Source: an uncultured Nitrososphaerales archaeon
Lineage (GTDB): Archaea; Thermoproteota; Nitrososphaeria; Nitrososphaerales; Nitrososphaeraceae
Reading direction: 5' to 3'
Length of the DNA: 64,000 nucleotides
NCBI GenBank assembly: GCA_963695855.1
Contig: CAVOHZ010000010.1
Span: 64,001 to 128,000, forward strand
The position numbers and the translations under genes were made by a program. Of this stretch, positions 10,695 through 20,828 are shown one piece after another; the first letter of the stretch is position 1, and the number at the start of each line of letters is the position of its first letter. The notes beneath the pieces are model-generated. The model made no database searches and had not been told where the DNA came from. It was given only the letters and a program-made list of their open reading frames with translations.

Positions 10695-11305
10695 GTTTGT
10701 TATTTACAATTTTAATATATCTAAGGTTGGAAGGAACATTATCTAATCTTGTAATATTCTATTATTCTGAATTATTGACAATATGAAGAATAGAAAAGAA
10801 AAAAATGGTGTTTGGGTAGGAAGAGAACTACTTACTAGGACTGCAGGAGTGCTGCAGCAACGAGTACGGGTTCGATGTAATTATTTACATATATGTAACT
10901 AATTGGATTAGAAAATACTATACTATAAATGTCAAAAATAATATCAATAACAACTGTTTCAATAATATTTAAAGTTTAGACATTTCTCTTAGCAAAAATG
11001 TTCTAAAATAAGATTTTGATAGACAGTACCAAAAGTACAATCTCATCTTCGTACATCTTTGTACTATTCATGTATTATCTAGGTGATTGTACAAGAATAT
11101 GTGAAATGGTATTTATTGATTTCACTGATATATGTAATTCAAGCGAAACTATCAACATGGGGATTAGGATTCAAAGGTATTAGCTATATTTGGCGGTGGT
11201 TTCTTTAATTTATTGTTTTTATAATCATGAAATATAATTTTGGGACAGATATTGAGATTAAGTTTTACTTGTATAGCTTTACCATCGTGAAAAATATGCC
11301 TAGTG

Positions 11306-11330
11306 TGGAGGGCATGGGATTTGAACCCAT
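11306..11330 (-). other. tRNA 3'-end fragment (T-arm + acceptor 3' strand); possible att-site relic
   Basis: Minus strand reads ATGGG-TTCAAAT-CCCAT-GCCCTCC-A: perfect 5-bp T-stem, canonical T-loop, 7-nt acceptor strand and discriminator; no 5' half nearby. Confidence 0.7.
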
Positions 11331-11687
11331 TATTCGTATTCACACGTTAATACAATTTATAAATAATCAAGAAAATAAAGTTTATTGATTTTTCTAAATG
11401 TTCCACAATTGTAAAAACAAGGTGCAAACTTACAGACAAAAAAATTGAAATATTGCAAATAATAAACCAGTCATTGTGAGAAAATTGAAACCAGATCAAC
11501 AATAACCAACCAAATTGTAAACTAAACAAATTTGTATGGATATAATGATTAGGATTTGATGTGTTGAGTTATTTTGAGAATGAATTCGCTAGATAAAAAA
11601 TAGAATAAAAAAAGTTGTTGTAGTGATTTAGCCCAAAAAAAGGTTGTGGTAGTGTTGGTGCCACCTTAGTGATGTTCTATCTCTAGT

Positions 11688-13213
11688 TTATGCAGGGCAG
11701 AGATTTATGACAGATACACTATTACTACCAAATGAATTGCCCACATACATTCTCTTATTTACTGGGTCATAGGCTATACCAATTGGGTTATTTCCTACGT
11801 CAATTGTATTGATTACGGTGTTTGTTGTTGTATCAATTACAGAGACTTTACCTGGAACAGAACTACCTTGATTGGTCACATACATATCCCGATTTATGGG
11901 GTCAAAGGTTACAAATACTGGTAGGGCGAATGACGGATCCGTAATTGTTTTAATTACCATGTTTGTATTGGTAAAAATCACAGAGACAGTACCACCACTA
12001 AAATTGGTCACGTACATTCTGTTATTTACTGGGTCATAGGTTATATCAGTTGGTCCATCGCCTACTGTAATTGGACCGGCTACTACTGTGTTTGAATCGG
12101 TATCAATTACAGATACAGTATCATCGTCAAAATTGGTCACATACATTCTTTGATGATCTGGGTCATACGCTACACCCCATGGTCCATTACCTACTGTAAT
12201 TGGGGTTATTCCGTCTCCTACAATTCCATTAGTATCGATTTGAACTGGTGGGTTTTGTGTTGTATCAATTACAGAGACTGTATTGCTGCCAAGATTGGTC
12301 ACATACATTCTTTGATGTCCTGTTTCTGGGTCATAGGCTAAAGTAAGTGGTCTAGGTCCTACTGTAATTGGACCGGGGATTAAAGCTGGTGGGGTCGATG
12401 TAGTATTAATTCTAGAAACAGTAGTACCGCCAAACTCATTAGTGGTCACATACATCTGCTGATGAACAGGGTCATAGGCTATACCAAATGGGTCAGGTCC
12501 CAAACCTGGAATTGGAGTGCCCTCAATTTGTGCGTTTGTTGCTGTAGCAATTACAGATACACTATCACCTCCTTGAGTGACTACATACATTCTCTTATTT
12601 ACTGGGTCATATGCGATATCTTTTGGATTACGAATACTTCAGGTATAGGATTTGGATCAACTGTTACATCACATGGAAATATTGCCGGCAATAATGCTTT
12701 TTCGAAACAGTCAAAGAGACCCTGTACTACTCTATCTATCTCTGTATTTGTTTGAGATTTTACACCATTTTCTATTGCAGCCAATGCAACTTCTGGAGAA
12801 AAACCTAGGTCAAATACTTCATATTTAAGAGCAAGCTCTAGGTTTTCACAAATTTTAGACAGTTGTGCTGTATCATACGGGGCTGAATTTGATCCGGTCG
12901 TTAAACATGTTGCTCCCGAAACTATTGGTGATTTGTTACTACAATTTATATTATCAAAATTGACAATATTTATTGCTTTAATCAATGCATTGAGGAGAGT
13001 CATTGTTTGTGGAGCATTCAAGAAATTTAACCAATATTTTATACATTCTTCACATATTATTTGTTCATCCGTTAATTCCGATTGACTTGCCGAACCTGCT
13101 TGAGCTTGAAAAGTGGATACCGGTATTGCAGATACCTGCATTGGTATACTTGCCGTCGTTGCTAAAAAAAGCATGCTTACCAATGAGAGACCTAATATAG
13201 TTGACTTATGCAT
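11688..13213 (-). pseudogene. Secreted YVTN/YncE-type beta-propeller protein with N-terminal Cys-rich helical domain, split by one frameshift near 12640
   Basis: ORF 12599-13213 carries a signal peptide. The alternative frame reads [19 protein letters not shown] directly into ORF 11688-12590; together 7 AYDP..RMYVTN-type blades. Confidence 0.85.
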
Positions 13214-13769
13214 TAATTGATTGCTATCTTATTATTATATTAGAATTACGAGAAATTTTTATTTGATCTCAATTGGAAGATTATTCTTAACAAGTTCCTA
13301 CAAAATCATTAAAGATACAATATAAGAGAAATATTATAAAGCAATTAAAGTTTGGAATATTCTAGTATTTTCGTTACAATTTTTTTAACTATACAAACTA
13401 TCATAAGATCATAAGTATATTGACAAGTAGAAATTATACAACACAAAAAGGTTTCTAAAATTATCAAAAATATTTAATGAAGAACTAACAATAGAATAAT
13501 ATGCAGGCTTCATATGAAGTTAAATTATCAAATATTTGTCTATCATTTTCTTAATATAAAAAATAAAATAAATAGGATCGTCAAGGTAAGAATAATAGAT
13601 TTATTGTATATTTAACCTTTATAAAATTTTTGAGAGGTTCTACAAGAACTTTCTTTGAAAAACGTTTTTTGCACTTTGCTTCCACTTGATCGTTGTTCTA
13701 ACTTGGCCTTCCTGATGCAAGAGCTTCCTTAAATTTTTATTCTTATCTTTATATTAAAGAATTTAATCT

Positions 13770-15056
13770 ATGGAACCAAAAAAATCAGTTATTTCCGCCA
13801 CTCGTGCAGCAAATGATACGCAATCATCTGATTACAGAAAGGGTGACCAAATAGAGAAAGGAAAACTTTCCTATGAATGGGCATTAAAATCGATGAAAAT
13901 TGTTACAAGGATTATGGGAAAAGAGAGTGGAAAAAAACCACTTTCCGGTCTAAAAGTTGCATTTTGTCTTCACATTACAAAGGAAACATCTGTCTTGGTT
14001 ATGGCAGCTAAAAAACTGGGTGCTAAAGTTTTATTGTGTTCGGCAAATCCCCTATCTGTCCAAGAAGATATTCTTGAATTTCTGAAAAGTAACGATGTCA
14101 CTGTTTTTGCAAAGAAAGATCAAAGTGAAAAAGACTACATTGAAAATATATCAAGAACTGTTGAATGTAGACCCGATTTGATAGTAGATGATGGCTCAGA
14201 GATGCATATTTTAGCACATAAAAAGAAATTGAAAAGCGTAATTGGAGGAACAGAAGAGACAACTTCCGGAATTCACAGGCTAGTTGTCTTGGATCACAAA
14301 AAAAGTCTTTTGTATCCTCTAATAGGCGTAAACAACGCCTATACCAAATATCTTTTCGATAATAGATATGGAACCGGTCAGAGTACAGTAGATGGAATAC
14401 TCAGAACCACGTCTATCTTTATTCCTGGCAAGAATTTTGTTGTATGCGGTTATGGTTGGGTTGGAAAAGGTGTATCATCTTGTCTACGTGGTTTGGGAGC
14501 TAAAGTCACGGTTACCGAAGTTGACCCAATAAAAGCACTGGAAGCTTATATGGATGGATTTAATGTCTCAAGAATGAAAGATGTTGCAGGTATGGGAGAC
14601 TTTTTCATAACATGTACAGGACAAAGAAGTGTCATTAGAAAAGAACATATTGACCAGATGAAAGACGGAGTGTTCATTGCGAACGCAGGACACTTTGATG
14701 TTGAAATAGACATTGATTATTTACATACGAAAGATAAATGTCCAAAACAAGTAAGACCATATGTTCAAAGCTTCAACGTTGGAGGTAAAAAAGTAAATCT
14801 AGTGTCTAATGGCAGGGTAATTAATTTAGTTGGAGCTGAAGGACATGCCCCAGAAGTCATGGCACTTTCTTTTGCAAATCAGCTACTATCCATCATACAT
14901 CTTGCAAAAAATTATAAAAAAATGGAAAAAAGACTTTATCCAGTACCATCAACCATTGATAACAAAATAGCCGAATACGCGTTAGATTCTTTTAGCATAG
15001 TAATTGATAAACTGACTAGAGAACAAATAGCATACCATAAAAAGGCTTATTTTTGA
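13770..15056 (+). CDS. ahcY: Adenosylhomocysteinase
   Basis: CLHITKET, EETTSG, KYLFDNRYGTGQS, GYGWVGKG, NAGHFDVEID, AEGH. Confidence 0.97.
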   Translation: MEPKKSVISATRAANDTQSSDYRKGDQIEKGKLSYEWALKSMKIVTRIMGKESGKKPLSGLKVAFCLHITKETSVLVMAAKKLGAKVLLCSANPLSVQEDILEFLKSNDVTVFAKKDQSEKDYIENISRTVECRPDLIVDDGSEMHILAHKKKLKSVIGGTEETTSGIHRLVVLDHKKSLLYPLIGVNNAYTKYLFDNRYGTGQSTVDGILRTTSIFIPGKNFVVCGYGWVGKGVSSCLRGLGAKVTVTEVDPIKALEAYMDGFNVSRMKDVAGMGDFFITCTGQRSVIRKEHIDQMKDGVFIANAGHFDVEIDIDYLHTKDKCPKQVRPYVQSFNVGGKKVNLVSNGRVINLVGAEGHAPEVMALSFANQLLSIIHLAKNYKKMEKRLYPVPSTIDNKIAEYALDSFSIVIDKLTREQIAYHKKAYF

Positions 15057-15642
15057 TCAAAAATATTAAGAAAATTATAGTCTTTGCTATCTTAATTGTA
15101 AAAAATTTTTTAAAAATAATTTTGATATCATTTCTATTTCTTTTTTTGGTTTTCAACTAAGAAAATCAGGATCAATATTAAATATTAGGCCTACCTAATA
15201 CTAATTCCAGTCAATCAAACAACAACGGAGATGATTCATCATCTCTTCCCTCCTGCCCAATAAATATGATATATCTGAAGAAAAGGATGAGAAAAAATCC
15301 ATAGAGCAAGACCTCATGAGACCAAGCATCAATCAGATATCATCATTTTATCCAATGAAATTCTCTTCTTTTCTGCTTGGCTCGCTTATAATGCTACATA
15401 GAAAAGCAAAATAGTTTTGACATATCAAAAGATCAAAAATACTCTATTTTCTATTTCTTTTTTTTTTTGCTATTACCTTCCAAATCATTCATCTAGACCA
15501 TTCCGAATTAAAAATTCTTCAGTTTTGACTCCTCTCTCTGTCTGTATTGGAGAAAATATCCCAAGCCTATCAATTACAAATTAAGTGAGTAGTTATCTCC
15601 TAATGGCATATATATACAGCAATAAGAATTCTCTTAATAATA

Positions 15643-17355
15643 ATGCGCGATATTGTGACTTCCTCCATTCTAAAAGATAGATTTGAGGATACAGTAATAA
15701 TTACAACAGCATTACCATACGCAAATGGAGAGATTCATTTAGGCCACATCTCTTCTACTTATCTTCCAGCAGATATTTTTACGAGGTTTCTACGACTTTT
15801 AAAAATAAAAGTATACCATGTTTGTGCATCAGACGATTTTGGAACGCCGATCTTGATAAAAGCAGAAAATGAGGGAAAGACACCTGAAGAGTTTGTCGCA
15901 TACTGGAATAAGAGAGATCAGGAAGATTTTAAATCGCTTGAAATTGATTTTGATAAATTCTCTAAAACAAGTTCACCTGAAAATTATGAGTTTGTCAGGT
16001 ACGTGTTTAATCGCCTTAAAGAAAATGGTCACATATATGAAAAGGAAGTGATTCAATTTTATTGTGACTTTGACAAAAAATTTCTTCCAGACAGATACGT
16101 AGTGGGTACATGTCCTTATTGTAAATCAGAGGACCAGTATTCTGACCTTTGTGAGAAATGTGGAAGGGTGCCAGAACAAATCCTAAATCCGAAATGTGGA
16201 ATTTGTGGAAGAACTCCAGTTAAAAAGAGTAGTAATCACTACTTTTTCAAACTTTCAAATTTTTCAAGCCAGTTAAAAGATTGGCTTTCAAATAACGATA
16301 ATCTTCAAAATGACATCAAAAATTATGTTCTAAACTGGGTAGCGGACGGACTAGAGGATTGGGACATTACAAGGGATCTTGACTGGGGCATAAACATTCC
16401 CATCAACGGAGCTGAAGGTAAAGTATTTTATGGATGGTTTGACAATCATCTGTGTTATATCTCAACTTTATTAACATTGACCGGAGAAAAAGAACCTATA
16501 GTAGATGGAAAAGAAGTATGGAATAACTCTACAATTTATCATTTCATAGGAAAAGATATCGTCTACCATCATTTTCTTTTCTTGCCTGCAATAAGAATGG
16601 GAATAAACAATGAATACAAACTACCCGATAATATTCCGGTTAGAGGACATTTAATGTTACATGATAAAAAAATATCAAAAAGTAGAAACTGGTATATTGG
16701 ATTGAAAGATTTTCTTTCTAGATTTAGTCCAGACTATCTGCGTTTTTATATTTCTTCTATCAGTGTTTCAAATCAAGACGATGTAAATTTTGACTGGGAT
16801 ATGTTTTTTAACAAAATTAACAACGAATTGATAGACACTATTGGAAATTTCATAAACCGAACTCTCTCCTTCACCAAAAGGACTTTTGAAGGAAGGGTTC
16901 CAGAACCAAACGAGTATGATGCAGATGACCAGAAAAGCATAGATGAAATAAAAAATATAGCATGGGAAGTGGGATCATTTCTTGAAAAGACAGAGACTGA
17001 CAAGGCCCTGAAAAGTATTTTGAGATTTGCAAGTTACTTTAATCAGTATTTTCAAAAGAAAGCACCTTGGAGTAACAAAGAAGCAGCACCCACCACACTA
17101 TTTATTTCAATAAATGCAGTCAGATCACTTGCAATTTTATTATTACCTTTCATCCCACAATCTGCAGAAAAAATATGGATGCAGTTGATGGGAACGGCTG
17201 CTGCTGCAGAAAATCAATCTCTTTGCCAACAAAACTGGGACGACATTGCTGAACTGAAAATAAAACCAGGGCACCAGATAGGAGAGATCAAACCATTATT
17301 TAGGAAAATAGAGAAGAAAGAGATAGAGATAGAGAAAACAAAATTAGGAGCGTAA
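15643..17355 (+). CDS. metG: Methionine--tRNA ligase
   Basis: TALPYANGEIHLGH, Zn-knuckle cysteines, FIGKDI, KISKS (KMSKS-like). Confidence 0.97.
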   Translation: MRDIVTSSILKDRFEDTVIITTALPYANGEIHLGHISSTYLPADIFTRFLRLLKIKVYHVCASDDFGTPILIKAENEGKTPEEFVAYWNKRDQEDFKSLEIDFDKFSKTSSPENYEFVRYVFNRLKENGHIYEKEVIQFYCDFDKKFLPDRYVVGTCPYCKSEDQYSDLCEKCGRVPEQILNPKCGICGRTPVKKSSNHYFFKLSNFSSQLKDWLSNNDNLQNDIKNYVLNWVADGLEDWDITRDLDWGINIPINGAEGKVFYGWFDNHLCYISTLLTLTGEKEPIVDGKEVWNNSTIYHFIGKDIVYHHFLFLPAIRMGINNEYKLPDNIPVRGHLMLHDKKISKSRNWYIGLKDFLSRFSPDYLRFYISSISVSNQDDVNFDWDMFFNKINNELIDTIGNFINRTLSFTKRTFEGRVPEPNEYDADDQKSIDEIKNIAWEVGSFLEKTETDKALKSILRFASYFNQYFQKKAPWSNKEAAPTTLFISINAVRSLAILLLPFIPQSAEKIWMQLMGTAAAAENQSLCQQNWDDIAELKIKPGHQIGEIKPLFRKIEKKEIEIEKTKLGA

Positions 17356-17365
17356 TTTATCTAAT

Positions 17366-18013
17366 ATGAAGCATATTGACAAAGTAGTGACAGAGAAAGG
17401 TAGCGAAACAAGAAGAAGTAGAAGAAGAAAAACAAGAACAAGAAAAGAGACCAAAACAAGTCTTATTATAGGTAGATTTCAGCCCTTTCATAAAGGACAT
17501 CTAGAGCTTGTCCGACAGGTCCTAAAAGATTCTGATAAATTGATAATAGTGATTGGCAGTTCTCAATATAACTACATTTTTAAAGATCCCTTTACAGCCG
17601 GAGAAAGAATTGAAATGATTCACGATACCCTCGTCTACGAGGGAATCGATCTTTCTAGGATCCATATTATTCCTTTATCAAACATTGAAAATAATTCAAT
17701 GTGGATAGCATATCTACAATCTATGACTCCTGAATTTAACGTTATTTACTCTGGCAACGAATTTGTGTCTACTTTGGCCTCTGATAGTAGTAGTGGATAT
17801 AGAAAAAAGAGTGAATTGAATTTAGAAGTAAGAAGGCCAATCTTCAATAAAAAGGAAATGTATAATGGAGAAAATATTAGAAATCTCATAATATCTGGAA
17901 AAAAATGGCAACATTTAGTACCAAAACAGGTAATAGATGTAATTGAAAGGATTGATGGTGTTGAAAGGATAAGAGTAATATCCAGAACTGATTCAAATCC
18001 ACAAAAATGGTGA
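17366..18013 (+). CDS. nadM: Nicotinamide-nucleotide adenylyltransferase (archaeal type)
   Basis: GRFQPFHKGH, IGSSQ, PFTAGERIEMI. Confidence 0.93.
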   Translation: MKHIDKVVTEKGSETRRSRRRKTRTRKETKTSLIIGRFQPFHKGHLELVRQVLKDSDKLIIVIGSSQYNYIFKDPFTAGERIEMIHDTLVYEGIDLSRIHIIPLSNIENNSMWIAYLQSMTPEFNVIYSGNEFVSTLASDSSSGYRKKSELNLEVRRPIFNKKEMYNGENIRNLIISGKKWQHLVPKQVIDVIERIDGVERIRVISRTDSNPQKW

Positions 18014-18019
18014 TCATGT

Positions 18020-18151
18020 ATAGCCAAAAAGAGAATCTGTCCGATATGTTCTTATTGCGGATCAAAAAAATTTAAAATCATCGATAGAGACGATAAACAT
18101 AATAAAGTAATACTTCAATGTATAAAATGTCTTGGTTTAACAAATTTATAA
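18020..18151 (+). CDS. Small Zn-ribbon protein (43 aa; ATA start or read-through), absent from ORF track
   Basis: IAKKRICPICSYCGSKKF...LQCIKCLGLTNL*; in frame with the nadM stop. Confidence 0.6.
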   Translation: MAKKRICPICSYCGSKKFKIIDRDDKHNKVILQCIKCLGLTNL

Positions 18152-18328
18152 AAGATATACGAACGATTGATCGGTCTTGCGTAACAGAATAAACTTTCTT
18201 TCCTATCCTATAATTTGTCTGTTATATATTTCATATATTCTACAGCATAAATAAACATGATAGATAATGAAAATATTATTGACCAGTTTTGTTTTCAACG
18301 TCTATTCAATTATACTAATTGATTACTA

Positions 18329-18694
18329 TTATTCTTTTTCTATTTCTGTCTTTACGATTTTTACCAAGCCGTCTATGGATATAGGTTTTTTAATAAAAGA
18401 TTCCGAAAGTTCTTTAACTTTTTCATTATCCCAGTCATATGCCGTTAAAAAACATATTTTGATCTTTTTATCTTTCTCTCTAATTTTTTTAAATAATTCT
18501 ATCCCATCCATTTCTGGCATTCTTAAGTCTAATAATGCCATATTGTAATATCCTGGTTTAAATTTTGCTAGTGCCTCTATTGGATTAGTAAATACATCAA
18601 CTAAAAATTCATTATGTTGCAATCCAAGATTAAAAGATAAAGCTATATCCTTATCGTCATCTACGAGCAAAATTTTTTTATCGCTGCTCATCAT
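18329..18694 (-). CDS. Stand-alone response regulator receiver
   Basis: ILLVDDD, LLDLRMPEMDG, FLTA, IKKP. Confidence 0.95.
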   Translation of the reverse strand: MMSSDKKILLVDDDKDIALSFNLGLQHNEFLVDVFTNPIEALAKFKPGYYNMALLDLRMPEMDGIELFKKIREKDKKIKICFLTAYDWDNEKVKELSESFIKKPISIDGLVKIVKTEIEKE

Positions 18695-18752
18695 TTCAAT
18701 TATTAACTTGTTGATTATTTATCCATTTTTACTATTATCAATCATGACAAAC

Positions 18753-20618
18753 TCATTCAAGTTCTTTCTCTTGTTTGGTTACATTGCTTAATAATGGTAT
18801 GGTAAAATAAAATGCTGCTCCACTTCTGCCATCTTTATCATTGTTCTCTGCCCATATCTTACCACCATGAGCTTCAATTATATTTTTAGAAATATACAAT
18901 CCTAATCCTATTCCTTGAAAGGATTTTGTGATAAACTTTGAAAATAACTTTGGAAATATTTCTGAATCTATCCCTTCACCTGTATCCCTTACAGTGACTA
19001 GAGCGTATCTGTCATCTTTTTTCTCTGCATTAACAAATATCTCTCCTTCTTTTGTAAATTTTATGGCATTACTTATAAGGTTAGAAATTACTTGACTAAT
19101 TCTTTCTTTATCTGCCTCCACGATTAAAGTTTCTTTAGATGGTTCAGAAAATAACTTGATATTCTGCCTACCGTCATCTTCTATCAGTGTACAATAGTCA
19201 TTTACGACCGTTGATAATAGATCATTTAAATTGAAAGGTTCCTTTTCCAACTTTAGTGATTTGCTTTCAATTTTAGTAACATCCAATATTTCGCTAGATA
19301 GTCTTTGAAGTCTAGTGGCATTTCGTTGTATCCCTTCTATGAACACTTCTTGTTTTTCAGGATGCATTGACAAGAGCTGTGAATAGCTCAGAATGGATTG
19401 AATTGGTGTCTTTATCTCATGGCTTGCTACGTTAATAAATTCACTTTGCATTCTATCTTGAACTTTTAGCTCTTCATTAACTCGGGAAAGCTCTTTATTG
19501 GACATTAAAAACTGTTTGTTAGAATGTTCTAATTCTTTAGTTCTTTTCTTTACCAGATTATTAAGAATAAGATTCCACTTTACTAGAAATATTACTAGAG
19601 CAATGATTGCAACGATACTACCTATAATTAATGAAAGCGTTTTTATTTTCTCTCCAAGTAGCACACTATTAATTTCTGAATATAACGAATTAGTAGGAGT
19701 AACTACCATAATAAAATATTCTGGTATTTCACTTATCAAAACTGGATAGGTAGTAGTCAGTCTTTCTCCCCTACCATAGTCATAAACAGCATACCTGGGC
19801 TTGCCTTCTAACAGGTCTTGTGTAATGTTCTCTAATATAATATTATGATTTGTGAAATTTTGTACTGTTTCACCAAAAAAATGTTTTCCAACGAGATTCT
19901 CATCTGCACCAACTGCGAGTAGATTAGCATTATTATCATATACAACCAAAAATTGAGAGTTAATGTCATGAACATTTCCATGATGTTCAAAAAATGATTC
20001 GGTAGGAATTTTGGTTTCTACTAGACCCATATATTGCCCATTATCTTGGTTTATTATTGGAGCAGCCAGTGCTATCTTAAATATATTATCTGTTCCATTA
20101 AATCCATTTGAAAAAACTGGTTGAAGGGTATTTTTTGTCTCCTTTATGTATTCTCTTAATGAAATATCCTTGTTAACGAGACTTTTTTTTCCTTCAGCTA
20201 CTCTATCATATGTTACTATGCCATCTTTGTTAACAAGGTAGAGGCCGTCAACTTTGGTAATTTTATTAAGGACCAGATATTTATCTTCAAAAAATTTTTT
20301 AAATCTATCATCATATGATTTACCATCTTGAAGCGAAGTTATATCTGCTACTGCCTGAACATTTGACATAATCAATTCAAGCTCTGAGCTAATGTGGTCA
20401 GCCATAACGTGTGTCGACTCCATTTGATTGTCTCTGAACTTGTTAAATATGCCTTGTTTGATATTCACTTCTGTAATATTCTGTTGATAAAAGAACAAAC
20501 CAAATGTAAAAATGATTATAAACACTATTGAAATAATTCCTATCTCTTTCTTCTTTCTAGAGAGAAGATTTTTGTTGTGAGTTATCTTTTCTTTGGTATC
20601 CAATAATAAATTATACAA
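18753..20618 (-). CDS. Membrane sensor histidine kinase with extracellular Cache-like domain
   Basis: Two TM helices, H-box ASHEIKTP, N-box NLISNAIKF, G1 DTGEGI, G2 GIGLGL. Confidence 0.95.
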   Translation of the reverse strand: MYNLLLDTKEKITHNKNLLSRKKKEIGIISIVFIIIFTFGLFFYQQNITEVNIKQGIFNKFRDNQMESTHVMADHISSELELIMSNVQAVADITSLQDGKSYDDRFKKFFEDKYLVLNKITKVDGLYLVNKDGIVTYDRVAEGKKSLVNKDISLREYIKETKNTLQPVFSNGFNGTDNIFKIALAAPIINQDNGQYMGLVETKIPTESFFEHHGNVHDINSQFLVVYDNNANLLAVGADENLVGKHFFGETVQNFTNHNIILENITQDLLEGKPRYAVYDYGRGERLTTTYPVLISEIPEYFIMVVTPTNSLYSEINSVLLGEKIKTLSLIIGSIVAIIALVIFLVKWNLILNNLVKKRTKELEHSNKQFLMSNKELSRVNEELKVQDRMQSEFINVASHEIKTPIQSILSYSQLLSMHPEKQEVFIEGIQRNATRLQRLSSEILDVTKIESKSLKLEKEPFNLNDLLSTVVNDYCTLIEDDGRQNIKLFSEPSKETLIVEADKERISQVISNLISNAIKFTKEGEIFVNAEKKDDRYALVTVRDTGEGIDSEIFPKLFSKFITKSFQGIGLGLYISKNIIEAHGGKIWAENNDKDGRSGAAFYFTIPLLSNVTKQEKELE

Positions 20619-20828
20619 ATGGGCTGGGTGATAATTATTTTATTATTTTATTCGCTCAAATAATAAATAAAATACATTTTCCAAAATGGTACAAGACCCT
20701 CTTATTTTAGATCTTTTTACAGGTTTTGATATGTATAATTTTCAGTACCGAGATTCTCAAATATCGTCAAGAATCAAAATTATAACTTATAACATTTTTT
20801 GTTTATATCTGTAAGCTTGTAAATACCA

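Noticed and set aside
13490-13769. SAH/SAM riboswitch upstream of ahcY
   Set aside because: No recognisable consensus or stable GC-rich structure.
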